From: Lama glama
Taxonomy: Eukaryota
NCBI GenBank assembly: GCA_028534125.1
Contig: CM052817.1
Coordinates: 84,570,001 to 84,634,000, forward strand
DNA: 64,000 nucleotides
Reading direction: 5' to 3'
Below are positions 12,151 to 24,649 of the stretch, piece after piece (within the stretch, counting starts at the first letter, position 1; every line of letters starts with the position of its first letter). The position numbers and the translations under genes are program-made. The notes under the pieces were generated by a model. It did not search any database, had not been told where the DNA came from, and saw only the letters and a list, made by a program, of their open reading frames with translations.

Positions 12151-15100
12151 CAATCCAGTGCTTGATAAAATTAGGAATTAATTTAAGTTTCTTGATACAG
12201 AAGCAAGTGGAAAGAAGAGAGGTATAAGAATGTTCTATTTAGATCCTAACATCTGTTGGAGCTCATTGGGCTCAGATCTTATAAAAATATCTTTTTTTGA
12301 AAATGGTTTTTGGAAAAATGACATCTCAAACAATGCTTGGTTCCTATGATACATTTATCACCTTAAAATGAATCAGGAAATTATAGCCATAATGAAGAGC
12401 TTTTGGGAATATCTGTTCTGAAAGGAGGTCAAGCATGTTACTCAAGTTTGTCCTAGCAGCAGGATAGTACATTGGGTTCCAATTATTCGACAATAGACCC
12501 TTTATTTTAAAAGTTCTTTTTAAAAAAATCCTAAAATGCAGACAACTATTGCTAGATGTATGGAGTTAACAATACCACTAGTTCCAGAGCATCCCTGGAT
12601 AAAATGCCTCATGTACTTTCTTCTCTAGATGCAGAATAGACTGTTAGGGGAAATGACTGTAATCAGTGGATTGTGTTTATCAGATGCCATAAATTTTAGT
12701 TTATGAGTCGCTTCATAGAAGTTGTCAGTGGTCCTGTGAACATTGTTAGAGCAGTTCCCTGAACAGTTTTTTAAATTAAGTTGTCTTGATCTCTGAGGGA
12801 GTGCAGTTGGAAGAGCAGAGAAGGTAATTTGGCTCTTGACCATCACTGTTTTCCAAATGGGTAATTTTTAGAATGGGATTGTCAGTGATTCTGGCTGACT
12901 TCGCTTAATATTAGATTCTTCATTAAGGTTGACAGGATCTGTTTGGGAACAGGGGAATGAAGTCTTCAGGGGGATAATCTAAATAAAAAAGAAATCCAAT
13001 ATTCTCTATTTGGAACATGGATGGTTTCTAAAATCTATCCCTTTTATGACTTGTCTCTGTTAAAAGATTATATTAATAAGCATTTATAAAAAGATGAACA
13101 GTTTAAAAAGGTAAAAATTGATGTCAGCAAAAAAAAGTTTCTAAAAAATTGCAAAACTGATTAAATTGTAAAATAGTTGTTAATGAATGAGTGATTCTGA
13201 CCAATCTAATAAATATGATTAACTTCCAAAATTGTGAGAAAGAACGAAGTGACTAACTCAAGCAGGTAGGGGCTTCTAGGTTCCATTAGACTGTCTCTGT
13301 GATTCAGGTCAGGTTCCTTGAGCTAAGGTGGCTGCTTAACAGGTCTCCAGAGTCTAGGTTTGCCTTCCAGGGGTCTAGCATAAATATTAACAACTACAAT
13401 AAAGTTAGAGCTAATGAGCAAACAAAGCAGTTTCACTTGCTTTTCCTTAGAGCTCTAAGCATAAGGAACCAGTGCCTAGGTCAGCAGTATCATTATGTCC
13501 TTATAAAAATTAGCTGTTTGCATAAATTGAATCTAACATTTTATATGTTTTATAGTAGACCATAAATACTTTCAACTTTTTATAAATAGTAGAACTATGA
13601 ATGGGGTGAATACTCAGTGGCGTTACTAATGGGTCTTCAACTTAGGAACTATGACTGACGAGCTTGCCTTACAAAGCAATCATATCATTTTTGCTTAATT
13701 TAAACTTTGGTTCTATTTATTTAACCCATTAAATCTGCCACTCGAAAATTATGCTCTTTTGATGATTTCCTCCTAACTATGAAAGAAAGAGCTCAGTTTA
13801 CAATTTAAAGTCAACATTACCTGCAAGCAATGGAATGGGATTACATTTCTTCCTTGGGAATATTTTCCACCTGGTATTGATAAAATGAATTTATATGCAA
13901 TTCATATATGGAAGAATTTATGAAGCCCTTTATTCAACACCACATGAAGAGATTGAGGATGGACAAGGGCCTAACTTGTAAGTATGCAAATAATTTGATT
14001 ATGTATTTACTTTCAACTTTTACCTACAATGAGTTGTGAGAGGGGGCAGATAAGATCTTTGACAACAACTCCTTAAGTTTTTTTTAATATCAGAAAGATC
14101 TTCATTGTATTTCTGGTAATAAGAATAAGTAGCCTATTCACAAATAAGTGATATATTAACCAAATTTATTTTAAAACATTTTCTGATTTATATTGTATGA
14201 GCTAATTGGAACTGAAAATACCAGGGAACAATTGTAAATTATTTGAGCTTTCTAAAATGTAGAATTAAATCTACCAAGTAACTTGTTTTGTATATTTACA
14301 TTATTTTCTCAGCCCTACATAACTCCAACACAAAGTCTAAATATGGTTTACTTTTTGCAAGTATTCCCTATGTATTATATTTTATAAATATTTGAGATTT
14401 TTGGTTTGATACCCACTCATTTCAGATGCTGCATATTTTGAGGGAAGAGATACTTTAAGCATTCATCATTTTTTCACAATACCTAAAATTTAAAAACTAC
14501 ACATACATATAAAATTATAAATATCTAAGTATGTGTACTATATGTACAGTTTTTGATATTCTTTATATATAGCACAGATGAATCATTTTCAACATTTTTG
14601 TTTGACCTATTTTTCTATACTTTAACAACTCTGTCATTTCGATCAACTCCCATCTAATTGAAAATGAATCTACATAATTGTCAGCTTGAATCAACTTCCT
14701 TCAGGCTGTACTAAGCATGGTACAGGACTGTATGATTTCTGTAAAAAAGCTTATGTACTTTGAAAATCCATAGGTAAAGCTCATTTTATAGGAGAGTTAT
14801 ATGAATGAAAGTATTTAATTAGCATACAGTACTTCTGTGTGACTTGAGTGACTGTGTTTGTAGTAGTCAGGGACTCACAGAAACCACCAGTAAGACACGA
14901 GAGGATACCTTTATTATTGCATGATGAACCTTAGATTCAGACTATCTGGATATGTCTTATAATGTGAACTCAACAAACTGCTCATATAAACTTTTTTAGG
15001 TGAGTTTTGAGTTAAGAAAAAAATATATGTGTATATATAATTATTAGCATAGAAAGAATGATTTCTCATTTCTCAATGAATATTGTGGCAAGGTCTGCAT

Positions 15101-15312
15101 ATGTATGCATAAGAAAAATATATGCGTATAAAAAGATTTGATATATATTATATCATTTAAAAATAATATAGCAGATTAATGAACAATTTTTAAAGTAATT
15201 AAGTAACATATATGTATTTCTTTTTAATTTTCTTTGTATTTAATGAACAAATAAAGTGTGGCTGTGTACTGAATGCTTAAAATTTGAATTTTTTTTTCTA
15301 TGTGACCTGAAG

Positions 15313-15575
15313 CCATCGCTTTGAGTATTTTAAACTTTTCAACCTGAAGTGGATTATCGGAGACGACTGGGAGCAGCCAGACTCAGAGCTGTGGAAAGAG
15401 CTTTGCTGCGATCCTTTACATTCTGACAACACAGGTTATAACTCATAAGGAAAGGCACTCCATATACTGCCACCTTTTGGCCTCAGTTGGACAGCTGAAG
15501 TAAAATCATTGTCTGCTACCACTGTAAATGTTCCAACAACATGCCAGAAATAAATCATTTAATTGAACATGACTT
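15313..15575 (+). other. Candidate terminal exon with poly(A) signal
   Basis: Two tandem acctgaag acceptor candidates (exon starts 15313 or 15350) after T-rich tracts; 4 CpGs in about 100 nt; short ORFs ending 15426 or 15448; AATAAA at 15549-15554 followed by T-rich sequence. Confidence 0.4.
15465..15482 (-). promoter_or_regulatory. CTCF-like motif
   Basis: Minus strand GGCCAAAAGGTGGCAGTA; 14/16 match to CCASYAGRKGGCRSYV plus the upstream GG. Confidence 0.55.
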
Positions 15576-15609
15576 CTACGCTTTATCTTTTACTACGTAA
15601 TGATTTTTT

Positions 15610-15751
15610 TTAAGTGAAAGTAAATTTATTCAGGGAGATACATACTCCATCCGCAGAATGCAGGTGGTCTCTGAAGGCAAAACAAGTGGCCTTAGGGTAT
15701 ACACAGTCCATAGTCAGAATGTGGACCATCTAAGAAGGCAAGAGAGGTGGC
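15610..15751 (-). mobile_element. Short retrocopy of a polyadenylated LTR-like (ERV R-region) transcript end
   Basis: 17-bp TSD ctacgtaatgatttttt (15593-15609) / ctacataatgatttttt (15752-15768); minus-strand AATAAA at 15625-15630, short A tail 13 nt later; TT/AAAA target site. Confidence 0.7.
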
Positions 15752-16560
15752 CTACATAATGATTTTTTAAAATAAATGTTTAGAGAAAAACATTGATAGG
15801 GTACTTCTTTCCCAACAACTTATCCTTCCTGGCAAATTTCTGTTCCCTGGACTAGATCTTTGGAAAATCAAGGAAGAGCATATTTCTGTTGAAATACCAG
15901 TGATACTCAGTATAGTGCTGAGACCTGAAGTAGGAAAATGAACTACTGCAAATTTTGCCCTAAGGACATTTCACTGCTTTGTAAATACATGGAGGTGGCC
16001 ATTATAGCTTCTACTCAATGTTACACTTGATTATTTAATTTCTAAATAAAACAATTTTCTTGGTAGAAATGGCATGTAGGTCATCTGTCAGAATAAATGC
16101 TAACTTAGCCCAAAATACTCTGAACAGTATTGGTTTAGGGGACTAGGGTAAGTCTGTTAGGCATTACATTATTAAATTATTGGGCACTTGTTGGATTCAG
16201 GAATGTTTTTATATGTTAAGGGTATACCTAGTGTTCTTTCTCCAGTTACCAACACTTTCACTGACTCTCTGAGGAACCAGTTAACTTATGGTGGCAACAA
16301 GAGTCGATTTTGAGACCTTCAACTTGAAGGTAGACTGCTTCTTTGTCAATCAGCCTTTGAACTGAGGTGGCAGGGGAAAGAAGAACAAGGTAGTAGCACC
16401 AAGCAGTTGCCACACATAACTGTTGGCCAGAGTATCTTATGTTGCCCTGGGGTGAAGTGGAATCTGATCCTGGGAAATTTCCCTGTCTTCTTGTTTGCCT
16501 CTCTGAAAACAGTTTAGATTATTTATAAGTTAAATCCTTGTTTTGTTAAAACATGTTCTA

Positions 16561-16689
16561 CTTATGCTTTGTTTTTTATTTTTATTTAATTAATTAATTT
16601 ATTTTTAAATGAAGGTATTGGGAATTGAACCCATTGAATTGTGCATGCTAAGTATGTATTCTACCACTGAGCTATACCCCCCACTCCCC
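16561..16689 (-). mobile_element. tRNA-derived SINE, Vic-1-like (camelid)
   Basis: Minus strand ggggtatagctcagtggtaga (A box) ... ggttcaattccc (B box), AT-rich tail, 13-bp TSD aaaacatgttcta (16548-16560) / aaaacttgttcta (16690-16702). Confidence 0.85.
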
Positions 16690-16769
16690 AAAACTTGTTC
16701 TAAATAACAGTGTAGTTCTAATCTTGTGGCAACATCATAATCAGTTCTAGGGATTGCAGAAAGTGAGTA

Positions 16770-17287
16770 TTCTTTTTTTGCTTTTATTTTTATTTTGTTT
16801 TTTTCATTTTTTTAAATTTGAGTATAGTGAGTTTACAGTGTTGTGGTATTGCTGGTATACAGCATAATGATTCAGTTATACATATTATATGTATTCTTTT
16901 TTATTATAGGCTATTATAAGGTATTGAATATAGTTCCCTGTGCTATCGGGTAGGACCTTCCTATTTATCTATTTTATATATAGTAGTTAGTATCTGCAAA
17001 CCTTGAAGTCTCAGTTTATCTCTCCACTGCCTCCTCAGCCTTTTCCCCCGAGTAACCACAAATTTGATTTCTATGTCTGTGAGTCTGTTTCTTTTTTGTA
17101 AATAATTTCACTTGTGTCTTTTTTTTTTTTAAGATTCCACATATATGTGATGTTGTATGGTATTTGTCTTTTTCTGTCTGACCTAGTAAGATGATCTCCA
17201 GGTCCATCCATGTTGCTGCAAATGACATTATTTTATTCTTTTTTATGGCTGAATAGTATTCCGATGTATATGTATATATCATATCTT
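16770..17287 (-). mobile_element. Young lineage-specific L1 3' end, 5'-truncated
   Basis: Poly-T tail then L1 3'UTR; ORF 17016-17327 encodes the ORF2 C-terminus YYSAIKKNKIMSFAATWMDLEII. Confidence 0.92.
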
Positions 17288-18644
17288 TTCTTAAAACGAA
17301 CAATGACAATAGCAAACAAACAAACAAAAAATTTAAAGAACAGCATCTTCACTTAACTTATATGAAGTACTCAGGTCCTGAAAGAATGAATGAAAAAACA
17401 AATTCCATTATTTCTGAGCACTTACTATGGTAAGCCCCAGTTCTGTTATAAATCTAAAAATTCCCAACATTTCATATTTAACTTTGAGAACATACTACAG
17501 TTTAAATATATGGTGCAATGAAATTTAAATGTGAAACCACCCCCTTCAGACCAAAATAGCTGGAGTGAAAATAGTGTATTCTCACGTCCTGATTCATCAA
17601 AGTCTGGTTTTCAGGTGTTTGATGATTAAATCTGTCTGGCAAAAGGCCATCAGTTTCATTCAAGGTTTCTCTGTAGGGCTGCGTTGTCCTACACTTCTGT
17701 GAATGGCAGTTTGGAAACTTTAAATGAAAGAGTGTGTAAAGTTTTCTTTGCTGAGTGTTATTAACTGAGGGACTCTGGATTAATTTAGCAGCCAGGTCTG
17801 TTCTTTCAGCCATAAGCCATGCTGTCAGAGAAACTTAATTACACTTTAAGTGGGATGCAAATGAGTTGTGACACTACATCATTTCACATGAAAGGTTCAT
17901 TACTTACATTAACTTGCACAATGCTTGCGCCTAAACCTACACTCATTACAATATTCCTGGGATTATTTTTTTAAACATGGCTAAATGCAAGTAGGGTTTT
18001 AACATTTAATAACCTGTTTCTTTCTTAATATTTAAGACTGCAAATGTTCACTTTATTAAATGATTATGAATTGAACTACTAGATGCACGAATGTATGAAG
18101 GCTGGCAGGAAAAAATGTTCTACCACTTGTCTGCTCAATAGCACATTCTCAGGACCAGATTATTCTTTAAAGTAACTTTATGTCAATAACTTCTTTAGGA
18201 TTGGTATCCATGGCTTGAAACAGGAAATTTAGCAAGCTTTAAAATCAGATGTCTAAGTAATTTTTATCCTTAGGGCTTAACAGATTTTTCTGAGGATCAG
18301 TTGGGTGATTTGGGGTGAGGAAATATGTAAATGTAAACATACAAATTATGTTTCATATTGATAATTGAAACCTTGAGTGACAGGGATAAAACAGTAATGA
18401 CTATGACAAGTGTTAGGACAAGTACGAACAATATATTTGATCCCATTCTGAAGGAATAGTCAAATGGTCCTGGAATTCTAAGGGGAGAAGGCATTCATTT
18501 TGTATTTATCCCTCTGTTCTCTGATGTGGTGATAAGAGAGTTTCAAGGAAAATTAGTTGTTTCTTAACCAGTCACCATAATCAATCAAGAGTGCTTGACA
18601 GTTGTTCTCAAGGATATAGGTAGTAGGGAAAACAACAAACTTCT

Positions 18645-18873
18645 GTCACTTATTGTGTTCTTGGCAATGTCCTAAGCACTTTACTTGTGTTAGTTCATTT
18701 AATACATTCAAAAACCCTATGAGGCAGGTACTCTGTCCCCATTTTACAAATGACAAAACTGAGAAAGAGAGGGGTTAAGCAAGTTCCCCAAACTCTCAAA
18801 AGTATGAGTCAAGATTCAAACCTACTCAGTCTAGTTTTAAAGGACATGCTTTTAACCACTGTGGCATACTGCC
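18645..18873 (-). mobile_element. MIR SINE, near full length
   Basis: ctaagcactttac...ccctatgaggcaggtact...ccccattttacaaatgacaaaactgag...ggttaag...gattcaaacc...cttttaaccactg. Confidence 0.88.
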
Positions 18874-19445
18874 TAAGTTGTACAAGGGATTTTTATATTT
18901 ATTAAATATCATAGAAAAAAATTTTTGAACAAGTAAATGATGAGACCAAAGAAAATTGTAGAGAAGAACAGACCTTCATCTGGTTGATTGAGGAACATGA
19001 TGTTTCAGTGCTATCATACTATATCTGTTTATTCAAATTCCTAGAGATTAGAGTCAAAGATTTATTATAACACACCAACCACGAGATGCTGTTTCATTTT
19101 AAATCACATGTCTGTCTTTTTTCCCCCCAATGAGTAGCTTATGGTATTTATTACAAATAGACTTTGATATCAAACTGGAATCAATTTGGAAAGGTGAAAT
19201 GTATTCTTCATTTGCAAAATTATAGAAAAAGTTAAAATCGTATAATACACTGAGCTACTTTACTACAATTTAATATACTGAAATTGTAGTTTATTAACTA
19301 GTACCTTGGTGTTTGAAAGAATTATACAAATTTTTAAATCCAAATTTACCTTCTCACATCATAACATGACCATTCCATCTTTTAAATTTTAGGAAATCTG
19401 CTCCTAAATTGAAGATAATATGTATGCAATGAAATTTATACCCCC

Positions 19446-19570
19446 TGTTGTGCCAGTTATCAGTTTATTGCCTCTCAGCTTCAAATCCATCCTGCATTAT
19501 CTGCTCTACAATAGAGAAGCTGGATCTTATAGCCATTTCTCATTTTCAACAGGCACAGTGTTAAGCTAAG
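19446..19570. mobile_element. Probable ancient ERVL-type LTR fragment
   Basis: tgtgccagttatcagtttattgcctctcagcttcaaatcca resembles an ERVL LTR terminus; family uncertain. Confidence 0.45.
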
Positions 19571-20039
19571 ACAACAGAGGAGCTTGCATTCCTGGTCCTC
19601 GTCAGGTGATCGTCTCACTGAGAATGCAAACACTGGGCCCCCAACTGAAATAGTCATGAACATCTATCTGATGTTGGAGAAGAATATCAGCATTTTAGAG
19701 GTAGGAGAAACCTCAGGAGTCATCTAGTATAAAAACCTTCCTTTTTGTAGGGATCCAGAGAGGTTTATTCCATGTGTTGTCATACCTTATATGCATGTAA
19801 CAGTTTAAATCTTCCCTTTCAAGGTTTGTATTCTAAATAGTGACACTATTTACAATTATTTAAAACATCTGGTTTGAATTGCAAAGGAGCTTTTGTTTAT
19901 CTTGAAATTTAATGAGTATTTATTGACTTTCCACTAATTTTCAAAGTGTTTCATTGGATTATAAAAGTAAAAACGATAGAGACGCTTATTTTCTAAGCTA
20001 AAACAAAACATAAAATCCCAAAAAGCAGTAAACCGAGAT

Positions 20040-20350
20040 AGAACATGGTAAAACCACAAGAGTTATGCAGAAAGAGACTGGAGGTCATATTTGGGGCAAT
20101 AAAGATTGCTTTCATGAAGATGACAGATATATAAAGAGGCCTTGAAGATGGGTAGGGTTTGAGAGCTGGACCTGAGAACTGAGCAATTACAGTATCTGCA
20201 TGGTTTAAAGCATAAGCAAAGGTTCAGAGACAGAAAAATATTTCACATTGGGATGGAAAATGCCCTCTAGTTTGTTTTACTGGGGATATAGGCTAGTTAT
20301 GGGGGAATAGTAGGAAAACTTGGCAAAATAACTGACTTTGAATTCTTATA
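20040..20350 (-). mobile_element. Degenerate L2 fragment
   Basis: Purine-rich antisense L2 text: gctttcatgaagatgacagat...ggccttgaagatgggtagggttt...aaaggttcagagacagaaa. Confidence 0.55.
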
Positions 20351-20711
20351 GGTCATGACACATGGTATTTCAATAAAAGTCAAGAAAATGTAAGATGAGA
20401 TGAGTTGAATAAATGAGTTAATCATAATTATATCCATATACATCCAAATACATAATAAATTACATGAGTTTATAAATAATAGTGCTTTGAAAGCAACCAG
20501 ATTTTTTATCTTTGGCCTCTGAAAAAAGCTTTGAAAAGATCTAAGGAAGAGCTAAACCATTTTGGATGTGATATTAATATAAAGATTGCTCACTGATCAT
20601 ATATGACAAATTTGATTTCATTTTTAGTAATTGTAAAATTATCTTCTCCATCATTGAATTGAATAGTAAACATAATACCCAATATTGACTTATATTAAAA
20701 CAACTTAAAGG

Positions 20712-22270
20712 GCTTCATTTTCTGGATGGCAGGGATTAGATAACCTGAATAGCCTTCAGTTATTAAATACCTAGAAATACTAGATAGAACTTAACAACTA
20801 TTCATCTGGATGCTTGCAAGAGAATTTCAAAAATGCCAGGGGAGATAAATGATGAGGAAACAAAGCCCCAGAGTGAAAGCTGAAGTGGCAGCTGCCTTGG
20901 GAGATGGGGTTGGTTCCATCTCTCAGTTATCAAGAATTGGAATTTAATGGCCCTGTGGGGACAGGAAATGATGCTGTGGATTCATGAGTCTGGGAGTTGA
21001 AAATGAAATAGAAAATAAAATGAAAAACTGTTGAAGAGTTGCACCACCAGTGAATAAAGTCAAGGGTGAATTAGAAAAATATCTATTCACTGGCACAGAG
21101 AGCCAACCAAGCAACTTACTGCAGCCTGAGTTGGGAGTTAGGATAGCAGAATTTTCCTCTGAGAATTTACAAATATGAGCTGGCCTTTACATTCATTTGG
21201 TGCTCAAGTTTACACTATCTAGGTGGTTTCTACATTGAGAAATTAACCTAAAACATGATTTCAGCTGGTAATATCTCTGGGAACACTGAGTTGAAGCAAC
21301 CACAAATAACTCTAGAAGACAGGCTTCATAGAACTTAGAACGTTTTAATGGTGAGTAGAATATTTTTTTTTTCTGAGGAGGATAGAGAGACAGATTAACT
21401 TCAAACTTAATGTTAAGTCAGTTGGTTATTCATATGGAAATAAAAATGAATCCATAGATTATTATGTAAACAAAAATCAATTCCAGATGGATTAAAGACT
21501 CAAATATAAAATGTGAAACTAAACTTTTTAGAAGAAAATATAGAGAAAAATATTTTGACCTCATGTTATATATAGTTTCTTTAAACAAGACCCAGGAAGC
21601 ATAAAAAGGATTGACTAATTTAAATAAAATTTTTCTGTACATCATAGGAAACTGTAAATACTGTAGATGAAAGTATAAATTAGTATAATCACTTTGGTGA
21701 GCAATTGGAGACACAAACTCAAAGATGTACATAACCTTAGAACTCAGTAATTCCACTCCTACATATATAATCTAGGGACACATCCTTACATATGTGCAGG
21801 AGGTATATATATGTATATATATATATACACACATATATATGGATATTTATTGAAATATTGTTTCAAAAATTGAAAACAAATTCCTATCCACAGGAGAATA
21901 AATAAGCAATTTTTCACATTAATTCATTAAAATAGAAAATTAAAATTATGAGTTATAGCTAAATCAATGTAGATAATATCAAAAATATAACCTTGCGTGT
22001 ATATATAGCATAAATACAGTATGCTACTCTGTTATAAAGAATAGACAATGCAAGATGACACTTATTGTATACGCAATAAGTTTATACAGAGTTTATATAG
22101 TAAACTTATAAGAACATAATTAGAAATGATAAACACCAACTTTAGGATAATGACTCTTTTGAGAGAGAAAGGGAGATGAGTGGAATTTTTTCTTAAATTG
22201 AATGTGTTAAAAAAAATGCCTAAAGGAGACAATTTAGGTAATACAAATGAACTTTTAACACTTTGTGAAG
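20712..22270 (+). mobile_element. Ancient L1 (L1M/L1ME-like) fragments
   Basis: ORF2 3' text aaaatcaattccagatggattaaagac, aacttttagaagaaaata, ctcagtaattccactccta from 21420 onward; 20712-21330 resembles an old L1 5' region (weaker). Confidence 0.65.
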
Positions 22271-22277
22271 CAGACGG

Positions 22278-22592
22278 TCTTCATTTGGAGAAATGCCAAA
22301 TGGGGTGGAAAGCAGGAAGTTGTTATAGGATAAAGAAAAAAGAACAAGGAAAAGAAAATTAGAAAATACTGACTGGGCCACATAATCAACTTTATTTGGG
22401 GTGAGAAGGTAGAAGAAAATAACTATAGAGCCCAGAGCTGGCTTAATGTTTGGGGATTGGCTGATTGGTTATACTGCGTTTCTGGTCAAGTGGAACATTT
22501 ATAAGGATAAGAAGGTTCCTAAGTTTTGGTTTGCTGACTTGGCACCCCAGGTAGGAGCAGCTCCATCTTGAACATAGAAAATTATTATAACA
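22278..22592 (-). mobile_element. ERV1-type solo LTR (partial) nested in old L1
   Basis: Minus strand begins TGTTATAATAA...CAAGATGGAG, tandem CCAAT boxes (CCAATCAGCCAATC); possible 5-bp TSD gacgg / gatgg. Confidence 0.55.
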
Positions 22593-24649
22593 GATGGTAG
22601 ATGTTTATTACATGTATACATTAAAATATAGCTAAAATATTTCGTAATATTAATTAAAACAACTAATGACAGCACCTTAATATTATAATTTTAATATCAA
22701 ACAAAAAGTTATGACATTGGCCTGTGTACAACAAATTTTCCCAATATCTTCTGAGTGTGATTTTTTAAATTAAATCAAAAGATTAATATTAAAAATAAGT
22801 GGATAAAATTATTAAAATATAGATAAAATCTTTTAATATTCTAAACAGATAATATCATAGACTAGTATCCCATGAAAATCATGGTATTTTGAAAATAAAA
22901 CCAAACATTTTTGGAGTTAGAAGAATTTTTAATGTCTCTTCATTTTTTCAGTTTATTTTTTGACAGGTGATAAAGCTATAGATGCACAAAGATTAAGTAA
23001 CTTACTCAAATCACTCTGTAGTCAGAATCCAATTCTTTTGTTACCTAATCTAAGGTTCCCTCTTGCTAGATGATATGTTTTAAAACAAAAAGCAACCTGA
23101 AACTATACTGATTGTTATCTTTAATAATACACTCTTCCTTTAAAATTTTCCCCCATTTCATGCATACACAGGTCTAAGTTTTAGTGTGTAACAAAATTAC
23201 AAGTGGCAATCAATAATGGAAAATGCACTTGAGTGGCAGTCTTTAGTCTTTCAGAATTTTCGTTTTGTACATCTACAGAACACAGATAACAATGGCTCAT
23301 TAACCATGAAATCTGGGCAATTTGTCAAAAAGATCTCAATGTTGCAAAGCACCATTTGACTCAGCATTCTAGTACTCCCCACCAACTCCCTACCTGAAAA
23401 CTAAATAATAATCTGCCACTCTAAGCAGTGACCTGAAGTACGAGTCTCTCTCCATTGGAGAAGAACATTAGGAGGAAAGGTTCTTAAATATTTTGTTCTT
23501 ATTTCAAAACTTCAGTAAAACTGTTTGTCTGTTGGTTTTCTAAACAATTACCATAAGACAGACAATCTCACCTCCCTTGAGGGCAAGGAAAATGCACATC
23601 TGGATTTCAAGCCTGAAAAATGGTGCATACATAATCATCACAGTCCCACTATCAACCTTTAATCTGCTCCCTACAGCCTTAAATGTTTGGGAAGCCTATT
23701 TTAAAGTAATTTTCTCTCTTAGCAAGAATATCTGGCTCCTCACACAAAGCCTTTTCCTAAAAGAAGATTTTAGAAAGCCGATTTTGGGGAAAATGTTAGG
23801 AACTTTCTAGCCTTTGGTTATTTTTAGACAAGGCTACTAAAAAAGTCTGCCTAAATAAAAGCTGTTTGGGCATGCAATGAGCTAAACCTCCATTTGTGGC
23901 TTAGCATTAACAAAGTGAGTGTCTTTAAGAGCTGAGAATGTTGTTGTTGGGTTTTTTTTTAAAAAATGATCTCTCAAATGTTTATAGCCCGTACATGCAC
24001 TAAGATGAAAAATCAGTGCAATTGGAGGAAAAAACAATGGTTTAAAACAGTTTGGAAGAAAAGAAAGTATCCCAATAAATCACTTGTCATTGTGGATAAT
24101 AGAATACTGCATCATCTTCTATCAGCTGGAATAAAGGTGAAAACACTGAGCTTGCTCTCTAAACTCTATGATCTCCCTGGCATATTCAATAGTGGATTCC
24201 ATCATTATTGCCTTTTGGGGAAGGAAACACTTTTCTTTCCTGTAATTGTTTATAATTCCTGAAAACTCTTAAGGAATGTCATCTGCTTTAATAAGTAATA
24301 AATTCTCTACTGAATGTGTTGAGAGAGAGCAATAACAGGAAGAGAGAAGAAAATTTCTTTTCCCAGCAAGCATAAAATGCTGACAGAATGCTTCACAAAT
24401 TATTTAAAGCATTTTGCGTTTTAAAAAAGGATGTTTTCAAAAACAAAAGTGGTCTTGTTCTGAAAAATGACCGATTTAAAATGCAAGGGTATAGCTTTGA
24501 AAACCTAATTTGAAAACCTTGGGATATTCCATCTAGACCATGATCAGCAGCAATCTATCACTCAGTCCAACCATTAGTCCTTCTGAAGTTCATCTTCTGA
24601 CTGATCACCTCTTAATCTCTTTTGCATCCCTCTCATTCTCTCTTTGAAA

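Noticed and set aside
15345..15389. Minus-strand exon after acceptor ctctttccacag
   Set aside because: Only weak donors follow (gttgaa, gtcaca) and I found no partner minus-strand exons.
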